Shown here: piece by piece, positions 37,164 to 49,611 of the stretch
Position numbering within the stretch: the first letter of the stretch is position 1
How the letters are laid out: each line of letters starts with the position of its first letter
Translations under genes and position numbers: made by a program
Notes under the pieces: generated by a model
Told to the model about the DNA's origin: nothing
The model's input: only the letters and a program-made list of their open reading frames with translations
Database searches by the model: none
Source of the DNA: Dudresnaya verticillata
Taxonomy: Eukaryota
Direction: 5' to 3'
DNA length: 64,000 nt
NCBI GenBank assembly: GCA_977862235.1
Contig: OZ374564.1
Span: 2,604,001 to 2,668,000 of the forward strand

Positions 37164-38963
37164 GTGCAAAATCGCACATGCCCCAAGCAGATCTCTGGCC
37201 GTGGAGAAGCGTTACGAAATCGGGTGCGTTTCAGATTGGAGGTCAACTGCGGGTCAGTGTTGTTGAAACTACTGGGTGGGGTGTACTTGACTTCATTTTG
37301 TCATTCAGTAACTGTGATATTATTGCACTGTTCCAAGTTGAGGTAAATTGAATTTGTTCCTGCTCTTGTGAGGTGGAAGTTATAGTTTGTTTCATACATA
37401 CACTGTTAGCCGGAAAGAAAAGTGCCCTTATACTTCGACCTTCCTGAATAATTTAACTTCCATCCGCAACCACCATGCGGCGTCGTCGTCACAACGCCAA
37501 GAAAAAGAAGCAGCTGCTTCTAGAGATGCCGTTCTCTCTGGATTCATCAGCTTTCAAAGAGATGAAAAATGACATAATTGGGGAGGGCATTGTTCCTCTT
37601 CTAGATGGTCTTTCAACTCATCTTCCTTTTTTGTTCACATCGGTAACTATGTACAGTGTTGGCATAAGACTCTCGGAATTTGGACACTAGCTATACAACC
37701 GAGCTTGTTTGTTAGCACGAAAGATATTTTCAAGAGCTTTGATACGGGGCCAGAATGAAACTTGTGGTTCTCGATAAAAGCAAGCGATCTCTTGGGGATT
37801 GACGGTGGAATAAGTGCAGCAATAGATGCACAGCTTCTACTACATGCAGAGGTACAGGCAGAGCTTTAGACATGACACGCCACTTGGGGAAGAGTGGTGT
37901 TAAGAGACGTGTAATCTACTACACGGCTGCATACACTGTGCAGTGTAGGAGAAGACGGGACAGTCAAAGGGGATACGTTTTTCTTTGTAGTCTCACTTTT
38001 TTCTGTTCTACCTTCGCAAAGGTGAAGGCAGTATGCAGAGCGGAATCGAGGTTAGAATACAGAGCCACTAAACCAAGCCTGAAGGAAACCCGTCACTACC
38101 TCTTCACCAACCCCTTTTGTAATGAAGAGCGCAGGACAGGGGCTCTGCAAACGATAATGTTGCTTGCCGGTCGTGTCTAGTCCAACATCAGCAATACCTC
38201 CACTATTCACACCGACCAGAATGAGAAAGCGTACCATCCTAGTCACGGCGGCCGAACTCTACACTTGATCAGAATCTGCAACATAATCTGCGAGCAACCT
38301 TCATACATTATCAACTTCACACAACCCCTCATCTTTTAACTTCCCTTTGCAACAGCTGCCCGTCTTGGAAAACCCAGTTCTACCAATCCGTGTGCATTTA
38401 ATCTCTTACCGTTCTTCCTGCTTATCTGCAATGAAACCCCATTCCGAAAGCTTCCTGCTCCACTGCGCCCTTGTAAGTAATACACAGCCAGACTAGTCCT
38501 AAAATCCTAACAAGCCCACAATCCCATGCGTTTGAGAAGCACATTTTGCCTGCACATGGGCCTTCAGGTCGCCCGAGCGGGCGATAAAAGTGTACCATCA
38601 CATTCCCATTAACTCGCTTTATTTCCACAGTTATCGTAAAAACAACCATGTTGTTGCAATATTTTTCTTTTGCTGCAATAGTATGCACAAGTCCTGAAGA
38701 CTAGGTTCTAGTTTGATAGAGTCTACCTGTACTGTCAACTGGGAAATTTTGTTGAGACCTTCAATGCAATGGGCTTAACAGCGGCATGAAGTATGAATTG
38801 GCATCCCCCAACTTTATTGAGAAACGGTGAACGATGGGAAGGCACTAACAGCTTCCTCTCTCACTAATAATTGAAGGCCAGGAAGTATATGTTGGAACGC
38901 CACTGAATCACAAAGCAGCATTCAGTTGTGAGCGGCACCTTTCTAGCAGTGCGGAGGTAGGGC

Positions 38964-39347
38964 TTAGAGGTACAAGCCCGTGATTGCTTGGCTGAAGCGT
39001 GTAGATCCCGAAGTCCAATTAATCTTCAAGGTGTGAATGTCAATTTGAACATACAAGTTATACTGGCTGTTGAACAGATAGATCGACCACTGATCGTAAT
39101 GTTTGAAGTCAAAGTCGATTGGCGTCGGAAAATGGAAGTGCCACGCCCATTTGGATCCGGAAACCTTCACGAATTTACCATGTTTATACGTGGCGACGGT
39201 AACCTGGGTAGGGCTTATTTTGATGGCTGTGGAGAGATCGACCTTCTCGGCAGCATTCAGCTTTGTGGTGCTACTTTGTGGGGCAGCAGCAGTGAGTACG
39301 ACCAGTACCAGGGACATGGCAACGAACAGTGGGGTAGAGGTCATCAT
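38964..39347 (-). CDS. Secreted protein A, copy 4
   Basis: Protein identical to copy 3. Confidence 0.8.
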   Translation of the reverse strand: MMTSTPLFVAMSLVLVVLTAAAPQSSTTKLNAAEKVDLSTAIKISPTQVTVATYKHGKFVKVSGSKWAWHFHFPTPIDFDFKHYDQWSIYLFNSQYNLYVQIDIHTLKINWTSGSTRFSQAITGLYL

Positions 39348-41529
39348 TATTCTTAACTTCGTTGAGGGTAGGTAGGCCTTGGGAGAGGTTGCACTGCAAG
39401 CAGATAAGTTGTAGATGGAATCGAATTGCAAAGAAGCGGGTAAAAGTAGTAGTTTGTTGAGATGCGAAGGAAGCAGGGATGGTGTCCACATGGTACTCGG
39501 CCTTTATATGCGATTTGGAGAGGATGACTAAGTAACTCTGTTTGTAGTAATAGGCTGGGCAACAATTCTGCACTGATTAATGAGAAGAGATGCAGTTTTC
39601 TGGCAGATTACAGACTGGTGCTTATAAGAGAAGGGCGAAGAAGGGACAATAAAGCTGTCATTGGAATAGTGATTGGAGCATCACTGCACTGCTCTTATGT
39701 GAGACTTGTGTGTGATCGCCAAAACGTTTAGACTATGATCCAATAATGTTTCAGTGGTTCAAGTAGCACAGATGGATAGAGAAGGGGGTTTGCATAGTTC
39801 GGTGTGGTCTCAAAAAAGCATTGTTTACGGGCAGCAGACAGAGTGTTTTCTGAGAGGTACTGGTGTCGGCCCTACGTAGAACTAAGTAGAAAAGAGCAAA
39901 ATAATGACGAGAGAATGGTACTCTTGCGACCGTTCCATGTCCAGGAGTCGAGCCCTAAAGAGGGTTCATCTCTACTTCTAGCCAGACGGAAGCATTCCAA
40001 AATCCTGCGACTTGAGTAACGCTTTCTTCACCCGGACAAGTGTACATAGCATGCAGTTCAACAATGTCCGATGGTCTCCGCATAGGTGCAAGTGCACAAG
40101 ACTTGAAATTTGGTACAGGTGCCTTGCTATGTCACGAAATGCCAAGTTGTGACGTTGGTTTTAAGTTGTGTTTAAGGCAGCCGTGCGGGGGCAGTATAAG
40201 GCCTATGGGTAGGTGGAATTCTAACGCGGGTTGGGCTGCTTCCTGCCTATCTGGTCGATGAGGGCAGGCCGATTTCCGTTCATACGTATAATATAGGTCA
40301 TCCTGTAGGGTCCACATTTTCGCCTTGTGCGCACGTGAATGAACTTGGATCATTATGAAGGAGACCGACCCTGATAGAAGAGTATCAAGCCGGTTCTTCC
40401 CGTTGCAAGATTCTCTGGTGGCGTTAGGTTATTTTCAGCACGTGACTCAGAATCTGCCGAAGCTGCTGAAGCTACGCAGAACAGATGTGTTCACGTGAGT
40501 TGTGAATGAACCGCATAATACACTCGATATTGATGGATGGAAATAATCAGCAGTGGAGTTGCGTCGGAATTCGTGGATCTCTGTACATAGCTACGCTGGA
40601 TGGCCATACAGGTTTGAGGAGGCGTTTTGGTGTGCTCATTGCACACACATGCAGTACCATAACACTTTGAGACACGGGAGCACACCAAAACGCCTCCAGG
40701 TATGTCTTTGAGTCCCAAGTTGCTACTTTCGTCGCAACACTTTGCGACTGATATTTTGCGATGTTTGCACGTGAAGAGCATGCAGTATTTGCAGTCACAG
40801 TTTTATGACTTGCTATTACCTTACGAGAGATTCAATTCATTCCCAGTCCAGAAATGCTGCGGTCAGATGCAGGGATGAGGTCAGAGAAACCCTGAGATCA
40901 TCCCAGGTGCCCTGGAATGACGCCAACGACTCCGCAATCTCAATGCCACTATACTCTATGAGTTATGCCATGCCCTGATCTAGAAACAGTACAGTTCCCC
41001 TATCACCTATCCAAAAGAAGACATTGTTGATGCTTGATGCGATTAGGGCGTTGACAGTCGATACGACTAGACTGGTGCTTAGATTCTCAAACGTTCTTCG
41101 CAAACTGTCACAAACGGCGTACTGATTGTTAAAATACGGGTTGTATGCTTGTGTTTAACAATTGTTCAATATTCCTTTGTATAGCTAAGAATTCAGAATA
41201 CAGAACGGCTTCCAAGAGTACCTCCCAAACAGCACGGGAGCTGCCATCGATCCATCCCTAGACACCAAGGTGGAAACGGGTGAACATGTAGCCGTTTTGT
41301 TCTTAAAGAATAATCTATTTGGGAAAATCCACTGCCGCATCTTGTTGAAGCTTTTCCCCGCCCGCCTCCCGCCGCATTTCGTACCAATGAAGGCCGCAAC
41401 AATAGATATAGTCGAGGTCTGACACGCGACAGGTCTGGTTGGAAAGCAGACAACGACTCGATGTATTCCCAGCATTGCTGCTCAGCCCATTCCTCTCCCG
41501 TCGATAATCTCGCACACTCGCTTTGCCAG

Positions 41530-41904
41530 CCGACCATAATGAGAAAGCGTACCATCCTAGTCACGGCGGCCGAACTCTACACTTGATCAGAATCTGCAAC
41601 ATAATCTGCGGCAACCTTCATACATTATCAACTTCACACAACCCCACGGCCATCCACAGCTACTGACACTCGTCACCTTCGTACGGCGCTCTACCGCCTG
41701 TCCGACCCAAACCCTTCCACCCAAGCTCTCAACACCGTTAGCCTCGCCATCAACGCGATCCGCCGCATTGGCTACATTATGCCACACCCCCCGACGCCGG
41801 GTTAGCCATACAGACCTTCTAAAGTAGAACGTAGTGATGGTAACCTTTTAATAGTTGTTTTAAGTGGTCCCGCTCGGGCGACTTAAAGGCCCATGTGCAG
41901 GCAC
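41530..41904. mobile_element. Rearranged LINE remnant: plus-strand C-terminal coding piece, then the shared tail in inverted orientation (41834-41904)
   Basis: LYRLSDPNPSTQALNTVSLAINAIRRIGY resembles LLSLQDPATHPPAAARVCDALRSIRRICL (~15340-15430). 41834-41904 is close to the reverse complement of 10696-10765. Confidence 0.6.
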
Positions 41905-43821
41905 AGCAGGATCAGCTACAGTGGCAGAGGGCTGTCACTGTAGTGTACCCCGGGAAGGAGAAAAGGACAGCGGTGGTGTGTCTATGATTGGGTTTACTTT
42001 GTTGATGATGAATTTACTTTGTTGCTGACGTCGGAATAGCTCTTGTACTGAGTTTCACCCTCCACGCGAACGTGGAATTGAATGCAACTACTGACAATAT
42101 TCAGTGACAATTGACACTGCATTGCTACTCTATCTTGACCTCTCCGGCCAAGGCTGGGCCAGATTGACTTCGCTCGAAGTCCTCTGCACCTGCCCAAGTT
42201 GAGCGACAAGGAGAGATTACTTCACTCAGGAAAAGCAGGAATACTGAAAGGGAGCTTAAGGGCTGTCACTCAATACACTGGAGGACAGCTTGTGTTGATG
42301 AACGCAGATAGTTACCTATCTATAGCTAGCTATGTAGAGGCATTGGAGAAAAAGAGGCTCAAGACGAGTGGAAATTTGAAGCTATTCTGCAGAAGGGGGT
42401 ACTTTTCCTCACAGCCATGAAAGAAGTAATACTTTGGATTCCATGTTCGAATCCTGTCCCAAGACGACAATAGGTATCCATTACCATATGGTGGAAGTCC
42501 ATCCCAAGGTTGGAAATCCATCCCAAGGTAGGAAAGACTGCCACAAACCCTGAGATAGTGTGAGTGCTTCTGTCGTTCGCGAGAACAAGTAGCTTGAACA
42601 GAACTACAGCCCACGGGCCCAGTATTATAGTGAGGACTGATAAGAGAAACACCGAAGACTTGCAGACAATTGATACAGAGAGAGAGTCCGTGCCGTGTCA
42701 TTGGGTAGGTGAGGGTTGGGACCATACATGCAGCTGGCTTCTGCGGAATGCAGTGCGGCGATGGTTGCTATTCTTTGAGCGATGGTGCGGAGGATGGGTG
42801 GGGTAGTATCGGTTTGCAATAGGAGGGAGAGGAGCATCCCGGGAAGCAGTGCAAATTGTTGCATGGGCTGGTTCTGACGGGGACCAGGAACGCTCCCAAA
42901 TTCCAGCAAACCGCGAGGTGGCGTTAGGCGGGACATAGAATGCTGTTGTACCTGGGAAAGTTGGGAGAACTTCGGGACAGGGCCGGTCACCTGCCTTGAA
43001 GATCGACCCCCCTTTGGCGCAGATGCGAAGCATCATGATAGCTCCGGAGGCGGACTGCGGCGAAGAGACTGCACGGCGAAGGGATTTAGAAGGCGATCGA
43101 CTGAGCGCATATAAGGATGCACGGGCGGCCGGGGAAAATCGGGGGTCCCTGCAAAGTGCTCCAAGTATTGCAGCTGTGCAGCGCGATTTTAAACGTTTGG
43201 GCTTGGGATGCCCTTTTCTCTGGTGTTGTCCGAACCAGCGCGGTCTACGCCGAAATATAACGATTGCCGTGCTCATCCGCTCTCCGCGCATTCGGCCACT
43301 CTTCGACACGACGAGCATCACATAATGCTTCCCAAATGCGATCGGCGTTGTACAGTTACCGACAATTTCAAGGCGGTGTGATCAGCCGGCAATCACGTAA
43401 CTATTGTTCTATTGCCTCGTTCTCAGTGCATATTTCGGCCTTATTACTTTAGTATGAGGCCGAGAATAAGCCTGAACACATTGAGTATGAGCGCGCCAGG
43501 GCGCCCGCGACGCTCCGTTGAGCACATCTCACAGACTATAAAAGCCCACCTCAGACAACCGCAATCGAGGCCATCCGCCGAACGCCCCACCGCCCTCACC
43601 CTACGAACCACATCTGCTACCGCAGCGTACGACAGCCGCATTCTCGCGTCGTTTTTCTGCCAATAGGCCAAAGCCGCTGAGGCAGACCCACTCTAAACCA
43701 AGTGAGTAAACGTTTGTCAGCACCTCAGACACCCACAAGACAACCGGCATCCTACTTGATCTGCCCGTCAAGCTCCCCGTCCCCAAAGGGAACTTCCCCG
43801 CGCATCCAACATCGCTACAAA

Positions 43822-44981
43822 ATGGAAGGCTCTTTGCAACAACCGAAAGCGAGGAAGAAGAGGACCTATGCCACGAGGGAAATGACCTCTTTTATTATTC
43901 AATATTTGTCTTCCGCAATAACACCACCGACGTATTATCAACTGAGAATGGCCGTTGAGGAGAGGGCAGCTGAGACTGCCGCAAGGGAGGCCCTCGAGGC
44001 TGCTCCTTCGGTCCAGGCCGTCAACTATTTTCCAGAGTTGCCGGCATGTGATACCGAGATCTGTAATAGACCTCCGGACGTTCTCGACGAAATCGCTGGG
44101 CCTTCTGAGGGCGACCGGTTTGGACCTTATGATGACAATGCCTGGGCACGACTATTCTCGGAAATTAAGGAAGATCCGGCACCCGTCTTAGAGATGCCCG
44201 AAGAGCCCCCGGTTGACATGGTAACCCCAGTCTCGCCGGTCTTGGACGCCCACCATGATCCCGGAGCAAATCAAGAAGCTAGCGCTGAGCACCAGGAGGA
44301 ATTCGACCGCCGTTATGAGGAAGGTTTATCAATGCCGTCCAATGAAATCTTGCAAGGTTCCCTCATGAACCTACAGACACCAGATCTTGAGGAAGAGGAT
44401 AAAATTGCTATCGCAAGGAAAAAAAGATTACACTCATGAGAAGAAGAATGTACGACGTTCTGAACACCCTCACAGCCGCAAAGATTGTAATTCGACCTAC
44501 AACTAACAGTGAAATTCTATGGGCTGGGGCTGAATTTCGGTTACGAACACAGAGAAGTGAGCCCCATGGAGCACCAGCTCTGGTGTTGCCGGCTAGCCCG
44601 GAAGCGGCGGATGATAGAACGAGGAGAATAGAGTACGAAAAACTGGCTATCCGTGCCGCTAAAGAGCGCCAAAGCAGCATCTGTACAAGGTTGACAATTG
44701 AACGCAAGAAGCTTCTTTTATCGGATCTTGTGACTATCCAAGAGTGGAGGAGCAAAGAGCCCAACAGGAATTTGCATGGTAACGGAAGTAACAGCCAACC
44801 GATCAAAATGCAAATTCCGTGCCTTGCGGTTGAGGCTTCTGAGATGAAAGTCACAGTAGAGGAAGCAACGAGCGATCAAGGTGTTAATGAAACCCTCATT
44901 CTGGACCTAAAAGAATGCACATCTTTCTCTGCGGTGACGATCGTGAGCAAATTGTGCCGAAGGTTGCTGGGACGCATATGA
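43822..44981 (+). pseudogene. Divergent E2F/DP-family (DP-like) transcription factor, frameshifted at A7 (44419-44425); could be intact if the indel is a sequencing error
   Basis: RRRMYDVLNTLTAAKIV...EILWAG matches the DP DEF box (RRRVYDALNVL...EI.W.G). It is followed by a coiled coil and a QIPCLAVEA..VTVEE..LILDL segment like the DP dimerisation domain. Confidence 0.75.
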
Positions 44982-46524
44982 GCAAGCCAGGCAAACGGCT
45001 ACTTTCGAATGAAGGCATGGAAGGGCAGAGCGTGCTTGTGGAACATATCACAGAGGTGCGTTTGGTGAAATACTTTGTGGGCCGAGGCGTGCACAAGTCA
45101 AAACAAGACCTGTCGTCTATACAAAAACATTGAACTCGTACCCGGAAACCGTACCGTACGGTTTTTACCGGTTCCAACTCTGGAGGCCAGCAAACCAGCC
45201 TGCAGGTTGGGCAGTTAATAAGTGAATACGACATCTCAGCGATGACAAGGTTTGTTTCTGTACACAAACAGCTATCCGTGAGGCGAAAGTGACGAAGGAC
45301 ACATATATGTGGTTATCCCAACCACGAATTGTGAATAATGGTGGGGTATCATTATGTAACATGTAGGACACAGTTTGATGCTGATATGTTATCGTATCGA
45401 CTTCTTAGTTACACGTCGATTTATCTGAGTCATTGACAGTCCTTTGCTCAGTTTCCTGTTACTAACTGATGGAAATACCGCTTGCTTTCCTATATAAGCA
45501 TCCACTGTTCCTACTGAGATAGAGAGCGGAGAGCCACAGTTACCCGCTCATGTTTATCAGGTTCTTGCTTTACCTGTTGATTCATTACTGTTGTAAACTT
45601 TGCTATCAACAGTAACCCGCTGTTTTGTCTGTTCATTCTCTCAAATAATCATTCAAGGAATTAATATGCATAGCTCTTTGACATAATAAGGTTGAGGGTT
45701 TGAAAACTTCCCGGTGTTCTTCTCGGAGCAGCAGTTCGTGCTAACAGTGTTCAACAAGAATGAGAAGGATGGGAGCGCAGGCGGACAACGGGAAACGGAC
45801 ATTCCAGCCCTGTGGGCGAGAAGCACAAGCAGCGTTATCCATGAGGAGGACAAATCATAACGCAGAACGGTATGCGTACTGAGACTGTCATTGATCTATA
45901 GGACGAATATTGCAGGTCACAAAATCAAGACGAAGGTCGTCAGTACTCTGCGAAAAATCTTCAACGAGATTTCTGCCTGCAGTGACGAGGGATGAAGGCG
46001 TGGTAGAACAGTCTTGCTCCAGTAAGTCGTAGACTCTTGGCCCCACCACCGACGTTTGCTCTATTAAAAAACGGCAAGCACGTCAATCGGCACCACCAAC
46101 ACTGTCATCTTCACTTTCGGATACGCCTTTTCTGCACAACCTATTTGCTGATGCAAGCTTCCCAAAGTACACCGAAGACATCTCGCCCTGACTATGCTGT
46201 CCCTCCCTGTGCATTGCACTACTATCACTGAACTGTATTTGAAATCGTTCATGGCTTGAAGAACTACTTGTGATCGTTTTAGCTAGCACGACTATGTTTT
46301 GCACTCTAGTCGTTGCTAGTTTTACTGTTACCATTGAATTCTAATTGTTACTAGAACGACTGTACCGTTGATGATGATACTCGTTACTTTGTCATGGCGC
46401 AATGATTTTTCATGTTGTGTCAAAGATGCCGCTTTACAGGTATGAAAAGACTGGCCAAGAACAGCGAACTTCGCTGAGCGTCCCGAAGGGGTATCTAGGG
46501 TACTGTATATGGTCCACCGAATAG

Positions 46525-47379
46525 TTGTCACCAGGATTGACGCCGACTCAAGATGGTTCGCAAATGCAGGACGCTAATTTGGGTACAGTGCCGAAAATGG
46601 TGTCAACAACAGTGACTCCCAATACGACTCCCGGGCGATGCTCCGCAATGCCTTGTACGCTACTCTCGGGGACATCTAGGCTGTACTTAAGGGAGCCGGA
46701 AACTCTTCGTAGAGAGTTCCGCAAGTTCATCCTTTTCCAACAAGTTGGTAAAGGTGTCACGCTCATTTCCGAGTGGGAACGTCTCAGACCGATGACCGAG
46801 AACCAAGCCTTTCGAGAAAGCAACATCAAAGATGCCGAACCGGAGGAGTACAGCAAGGTTCTCAATCACCTCATGGCTAACAGTCTTGTTGGTCGTGCTC
46901 AGCTTTGGCCACGCAGCGAGTTTGTTCAACCGCATTATCCAAGCTCTTTCAAGCCCCAGTCCAATTTGTACCGCGACACCGTCAAGAAGGATCGCCGTAA
47001 TGGGAAACAGCTCGAATACATACACAGCTCCGGTACTTGGTTGGAACAGTTGCTTGCCGCCCTGGAACTATTCAAGTCTAGTTCGGATCCGCAAGAGCAG
47101 GGTCGCTTGCTCTTCATACTCGAAGAATCAATTCGTGCCAGTAAGGAAATCCTCGCGATGCGCACATCGCATTTCCACGCCATTCTCACGAAGGGTCCAG
47201 CACATGCACGCCTGCTTGCTGATCTTGTCGAGGGTAAGGTGGAAGCAAAGCACTTTCAAGTACCTTCCACACCCTACGCCGATGTCTATAATGAGCTCTC
47301 TGCCAAATACATCAACAAAGCTGCGAAAGGAATCGCTCGTAACGCTACCGCGCCCAAGGAGGGTGCGAGCGATCAATGA
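46525..47379 (+). CDS. Gag-like ORF1 of a DIRS-type retroelement
   Basis: 284-codon helical ORF whose stop overlaps the RT start (ATGA at 47376-47379). Assignment is positional. Confidence 0.55.
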   Translation: MSPGLTPTQDGSQMQDANLGTVPKMVSTTVTPNTTPGRCSAMPCTLLSGTSRLYLREPETLRREFRKFILFQQVGKGVTLISEWERLRPMTENQAFRESNIKDAEPEEYSKVLNHLMANSLVGRAQLWPRSEFVQPHYPSSFKPQSNLYRDTVKKDRRNGKQLEYIHSSGTWLEQLLAALELFKSSSDPQEQGRLLFILEESIRASKEILAMRTSHFHAILTKGPAHARLLADLVEGKVEAKHFQVPSTPYADVYNELSAKYINKAAKGIARNATAPKEGASDQ

Positions 47380-48221
47380 TGGCTCCCGCAGGACCATCAC
47401 GCCCGGAAACCTGGTCACAGGCGCGATGGGCATCCACCCAACGCCAGGCCAACGAGTGGGCCGGAATTGGGGCATCCTGTTTCGTGATTCGGATGTTAAC
47501 ATTTGGTATTTGGGACCCTCCCCAGCGACCCTTCACGGCTGGTGCTATCCTGCCTGCGGTGCCACAGTCAAAGGTGGATATACTTTTTGCCTAGTAGGAT
47601 CTGGAGGAAGGATGCAAAGTTGGTACATACCAACGCGTGTCCGAAGCGTACGCGAAGAAGAAGGTGCAGCAAGGCTGTTACGTGTCCTCCGCATTTGTGG
47701 AATGGAGTTCCAGCAAAGGTCGATTCGTTATCAACCTAAAACGCCAGTCATCGCATTGGGACAAGAAGTCTGTTATGATGGAATCGCTCAGCTCCTTTTC
47801 TTCCTGCCTTGTTCAAGGGGACCACATGCTTTCGTTCGACTGAAGGAGTGGATATCGACATTTCCGACTCCACTCACGCATGTGGGATTGGTTCTTGTTT
47901 CACTACGACGGCTGTTTCTACCGCTGCATTGCATTGCCTTTCGGTTGGACGAGGTCACCCTACTGGTTTTGCCATCTCCAAAGTCCGCTGACTCGGTATA
48001 TGCGCTCTGCATTGTATTCCCGCGTCCTCCAATGGATAGACGATTACCTCCTCGTTCCCGGAAACGGTTCTTCGCCCAGCACCTCAAAGGACTGCGAGGA
48101 TCTCTCTTCAGCTCTGGACGTCCTGTTCAACCGACTGCGATTATTGCGACACCCATCCAAAGGCGTCTGGGGATCCGGCGCCCCTACCTTGTCACATCTC
48201 GGAGTTACAATAGATACAGAA
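47376..48221 (+). pseudogene. DIRS-type reverse transcriptase with in-frame stops, truncated by an insertion at 48222
   Basis: One frame with stops at 47592-47597 and 47841: KGRFVINLK, MMESL, GDHMLSFD*RSGYRHFRL, ALPFGWTRSPYWF, WIDDYL, HPSKG, HLGVTIDTE. Confidence 0.85.
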
Positions 48222-48536
48222 CACTAATTTCGCCGGCTACAGAATTTCCAAAACAGAACAGAATTTTTTGAGGGTCCTTGAATCCCGGGGGTTCGATAGC
48301 GCGTTGGAAAGGGGGCGCTACCCTGAGAATAGTGGTGCAAACAGATCGGAGCAAACGCAAATAGTTTCGGAGTTATGCGCTCCGGCATATGGGGCCCCCC
48401 CGGGGTCGAAAGTTCCCGAAAGTTGTGATTTTTCCGAAAAGTTCCAATTAAAAATTCTCCAGAAATTGATTCTGGCCCGTCCCGCCGCCCGCGCGCCCGC
48501 CCCCCGACCGCACACCGCATTCTGGCGACTTCCCGC

Positions 48537-48683
48537 CGCATTCCGACGCGCTCGGACTTGGCTTCCCACCGCATTCCGACGCGCTCGGACTTGGCTTCCC
48601 ACCGCATTCCGACGCGCTCGGACTTGGCTTCCCACCGCATTCCGACGCGCTCGGACTTGGCTTCCCACCGCATTCCGACGCGC
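48537..48683 (+). repeat. 33-bp tandem repeat, ~4.4 copies
   Basis: Unit CGCATTCCGACGCGCTCGGACTTGGCTTCCCAC, head to tail, no spacers. Confidence 0.95.
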
Positions 48684-48904
48684 GCTCGGCCACCTCCCCA
48701 CGTCCGACAGCCACTCCCACCATCACCCTTCCTGGTGCTGCTACCGGCCCACGCATTCCGCATTCTGGCGCGTGCGCACGCGCTCTGCTTCTGCCTTGCG
48801 CGTAATGAGGCGCGCTTCCCCACCCCTCCCAGACCCGTAGTGCCGCTCCTCGCCCCAGTCCGGCCTGTGACCGCACTCTGTCTCACGCTCCCTGCCGTTC
48901 ACCG

Positions 48905-49275
48905 ACACCTCGCCGTCACCCTTCCCCGCGCTCCTGCGCACCGCGCCCGGCCGCATTCTGACACGTCCACATGAAGTTGCCGCATTCGGGCGCACGGTCA
49001 GCCCCTCGCAGCAGTCCCCCGACACGCCTCCCTCACCCTTCCCCGCGGTCCTGTGCACCGCCCCCGGCCGCATTCTGACACGTCCACAACAAGTTGCCGC
49101 ATTCGGGCGCATGGTCAGCCCTTCCCAGCAGTCCCCAGACACGCCTCTCTCACCCTTCCCCGCGGTCCTGCGCACCGCCCCCGGCCGCATTCTGACACGT
49201 CCTCATCAAGTGCCCGCATTCTGACGCATGTTCAGCCCCGCCCAGCAGTCCCCCGACACGCCTCCCTCACCCCTA
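48905..49275 (+). repeat. ~119-bp tandem repeat, ~3 diverged copies
   Basis: Recurring CACCCTTCCCCGCG..CCTG.GCACCGC.CCCGGCCGCATTCTGACACGTCC...GCAGTCCCC.GACACG. Confidence 0.9.
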
Positions 49276-49611
49276 CCCCGCTCCCGTGCGGCACGGCCAC
49301 CCGCTTCCTCACAACTGGGCCCACTACCCGTCCGACCTGGTACACTACCAGGTAGCTAAGCCACTTGCGCACCCGCGGTTCGGACTTAAATTGTGGCGTA
49401 GACTGACGCTACAGGCGTCGATTTCCCTTGCGGTTCTGCACAATGCCAGCCTGACCCCATTGCATTCTGTTGTCTGCGCCGCGTTTATTGCGCCGCAGCT
49501 GAGGACCATGCCATACTTCAATGGGGCACATCCCCGATTGTAGGCCGCCAAATGGAATGAAGCGCATTGCTGTGCTCATGGGAGAAGGCCACCACTTTAC
49601 TATCTCTAACG

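Larger units (their letters stand above)
10010..41536. repeat. Tandem segmental array, unit 9279 bp, ~3.4 copies
   Basis: Matching ORFs recur at offsets 9279, 9279, 9276 (11130, 20409, 29688, 38964). Internal copies differ by a few SNPs plus 1-bp (~33253) and 2-bp (~36218) deletions; both edges are more diverged. Confidence 0.97.

Noticed and set aside
10696..41904. Inverted ~70-bp repeats (10696-10765 and 41834-41904) as TIRs of a giant transposon carrying the array
   Set aside because: The motif is the LINE/SINE 3' tail found at several other sites, the left copy lies inside the repeated block, and I see no TSD.
42625..43325. Overlapping ORFs upstream of the DP-like gene
   Set aside because: No recognisable domain and several competing frames; may be a decayed gene but cannot be called.
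46832..48271. 479-aa ORF overlapping the DIRS gag and RT
   Set aside because: No motifs, composition typical of an off-frame read, and it crosses the insertion junction; the RT motifs are in another frame.
48537..48683. 33-bp repeats as a CRISPR array
   Set aside because: Units are head to tail with no unique spacers, there are no cas genes, and the context is a eukaryotic TE end.
48224..49355. ORFs with 11-aa repeats (e.g. ERVGMRWEAKS)
   Set aside because: By-products of GC-rich tandem DNA repeats open in several frames.
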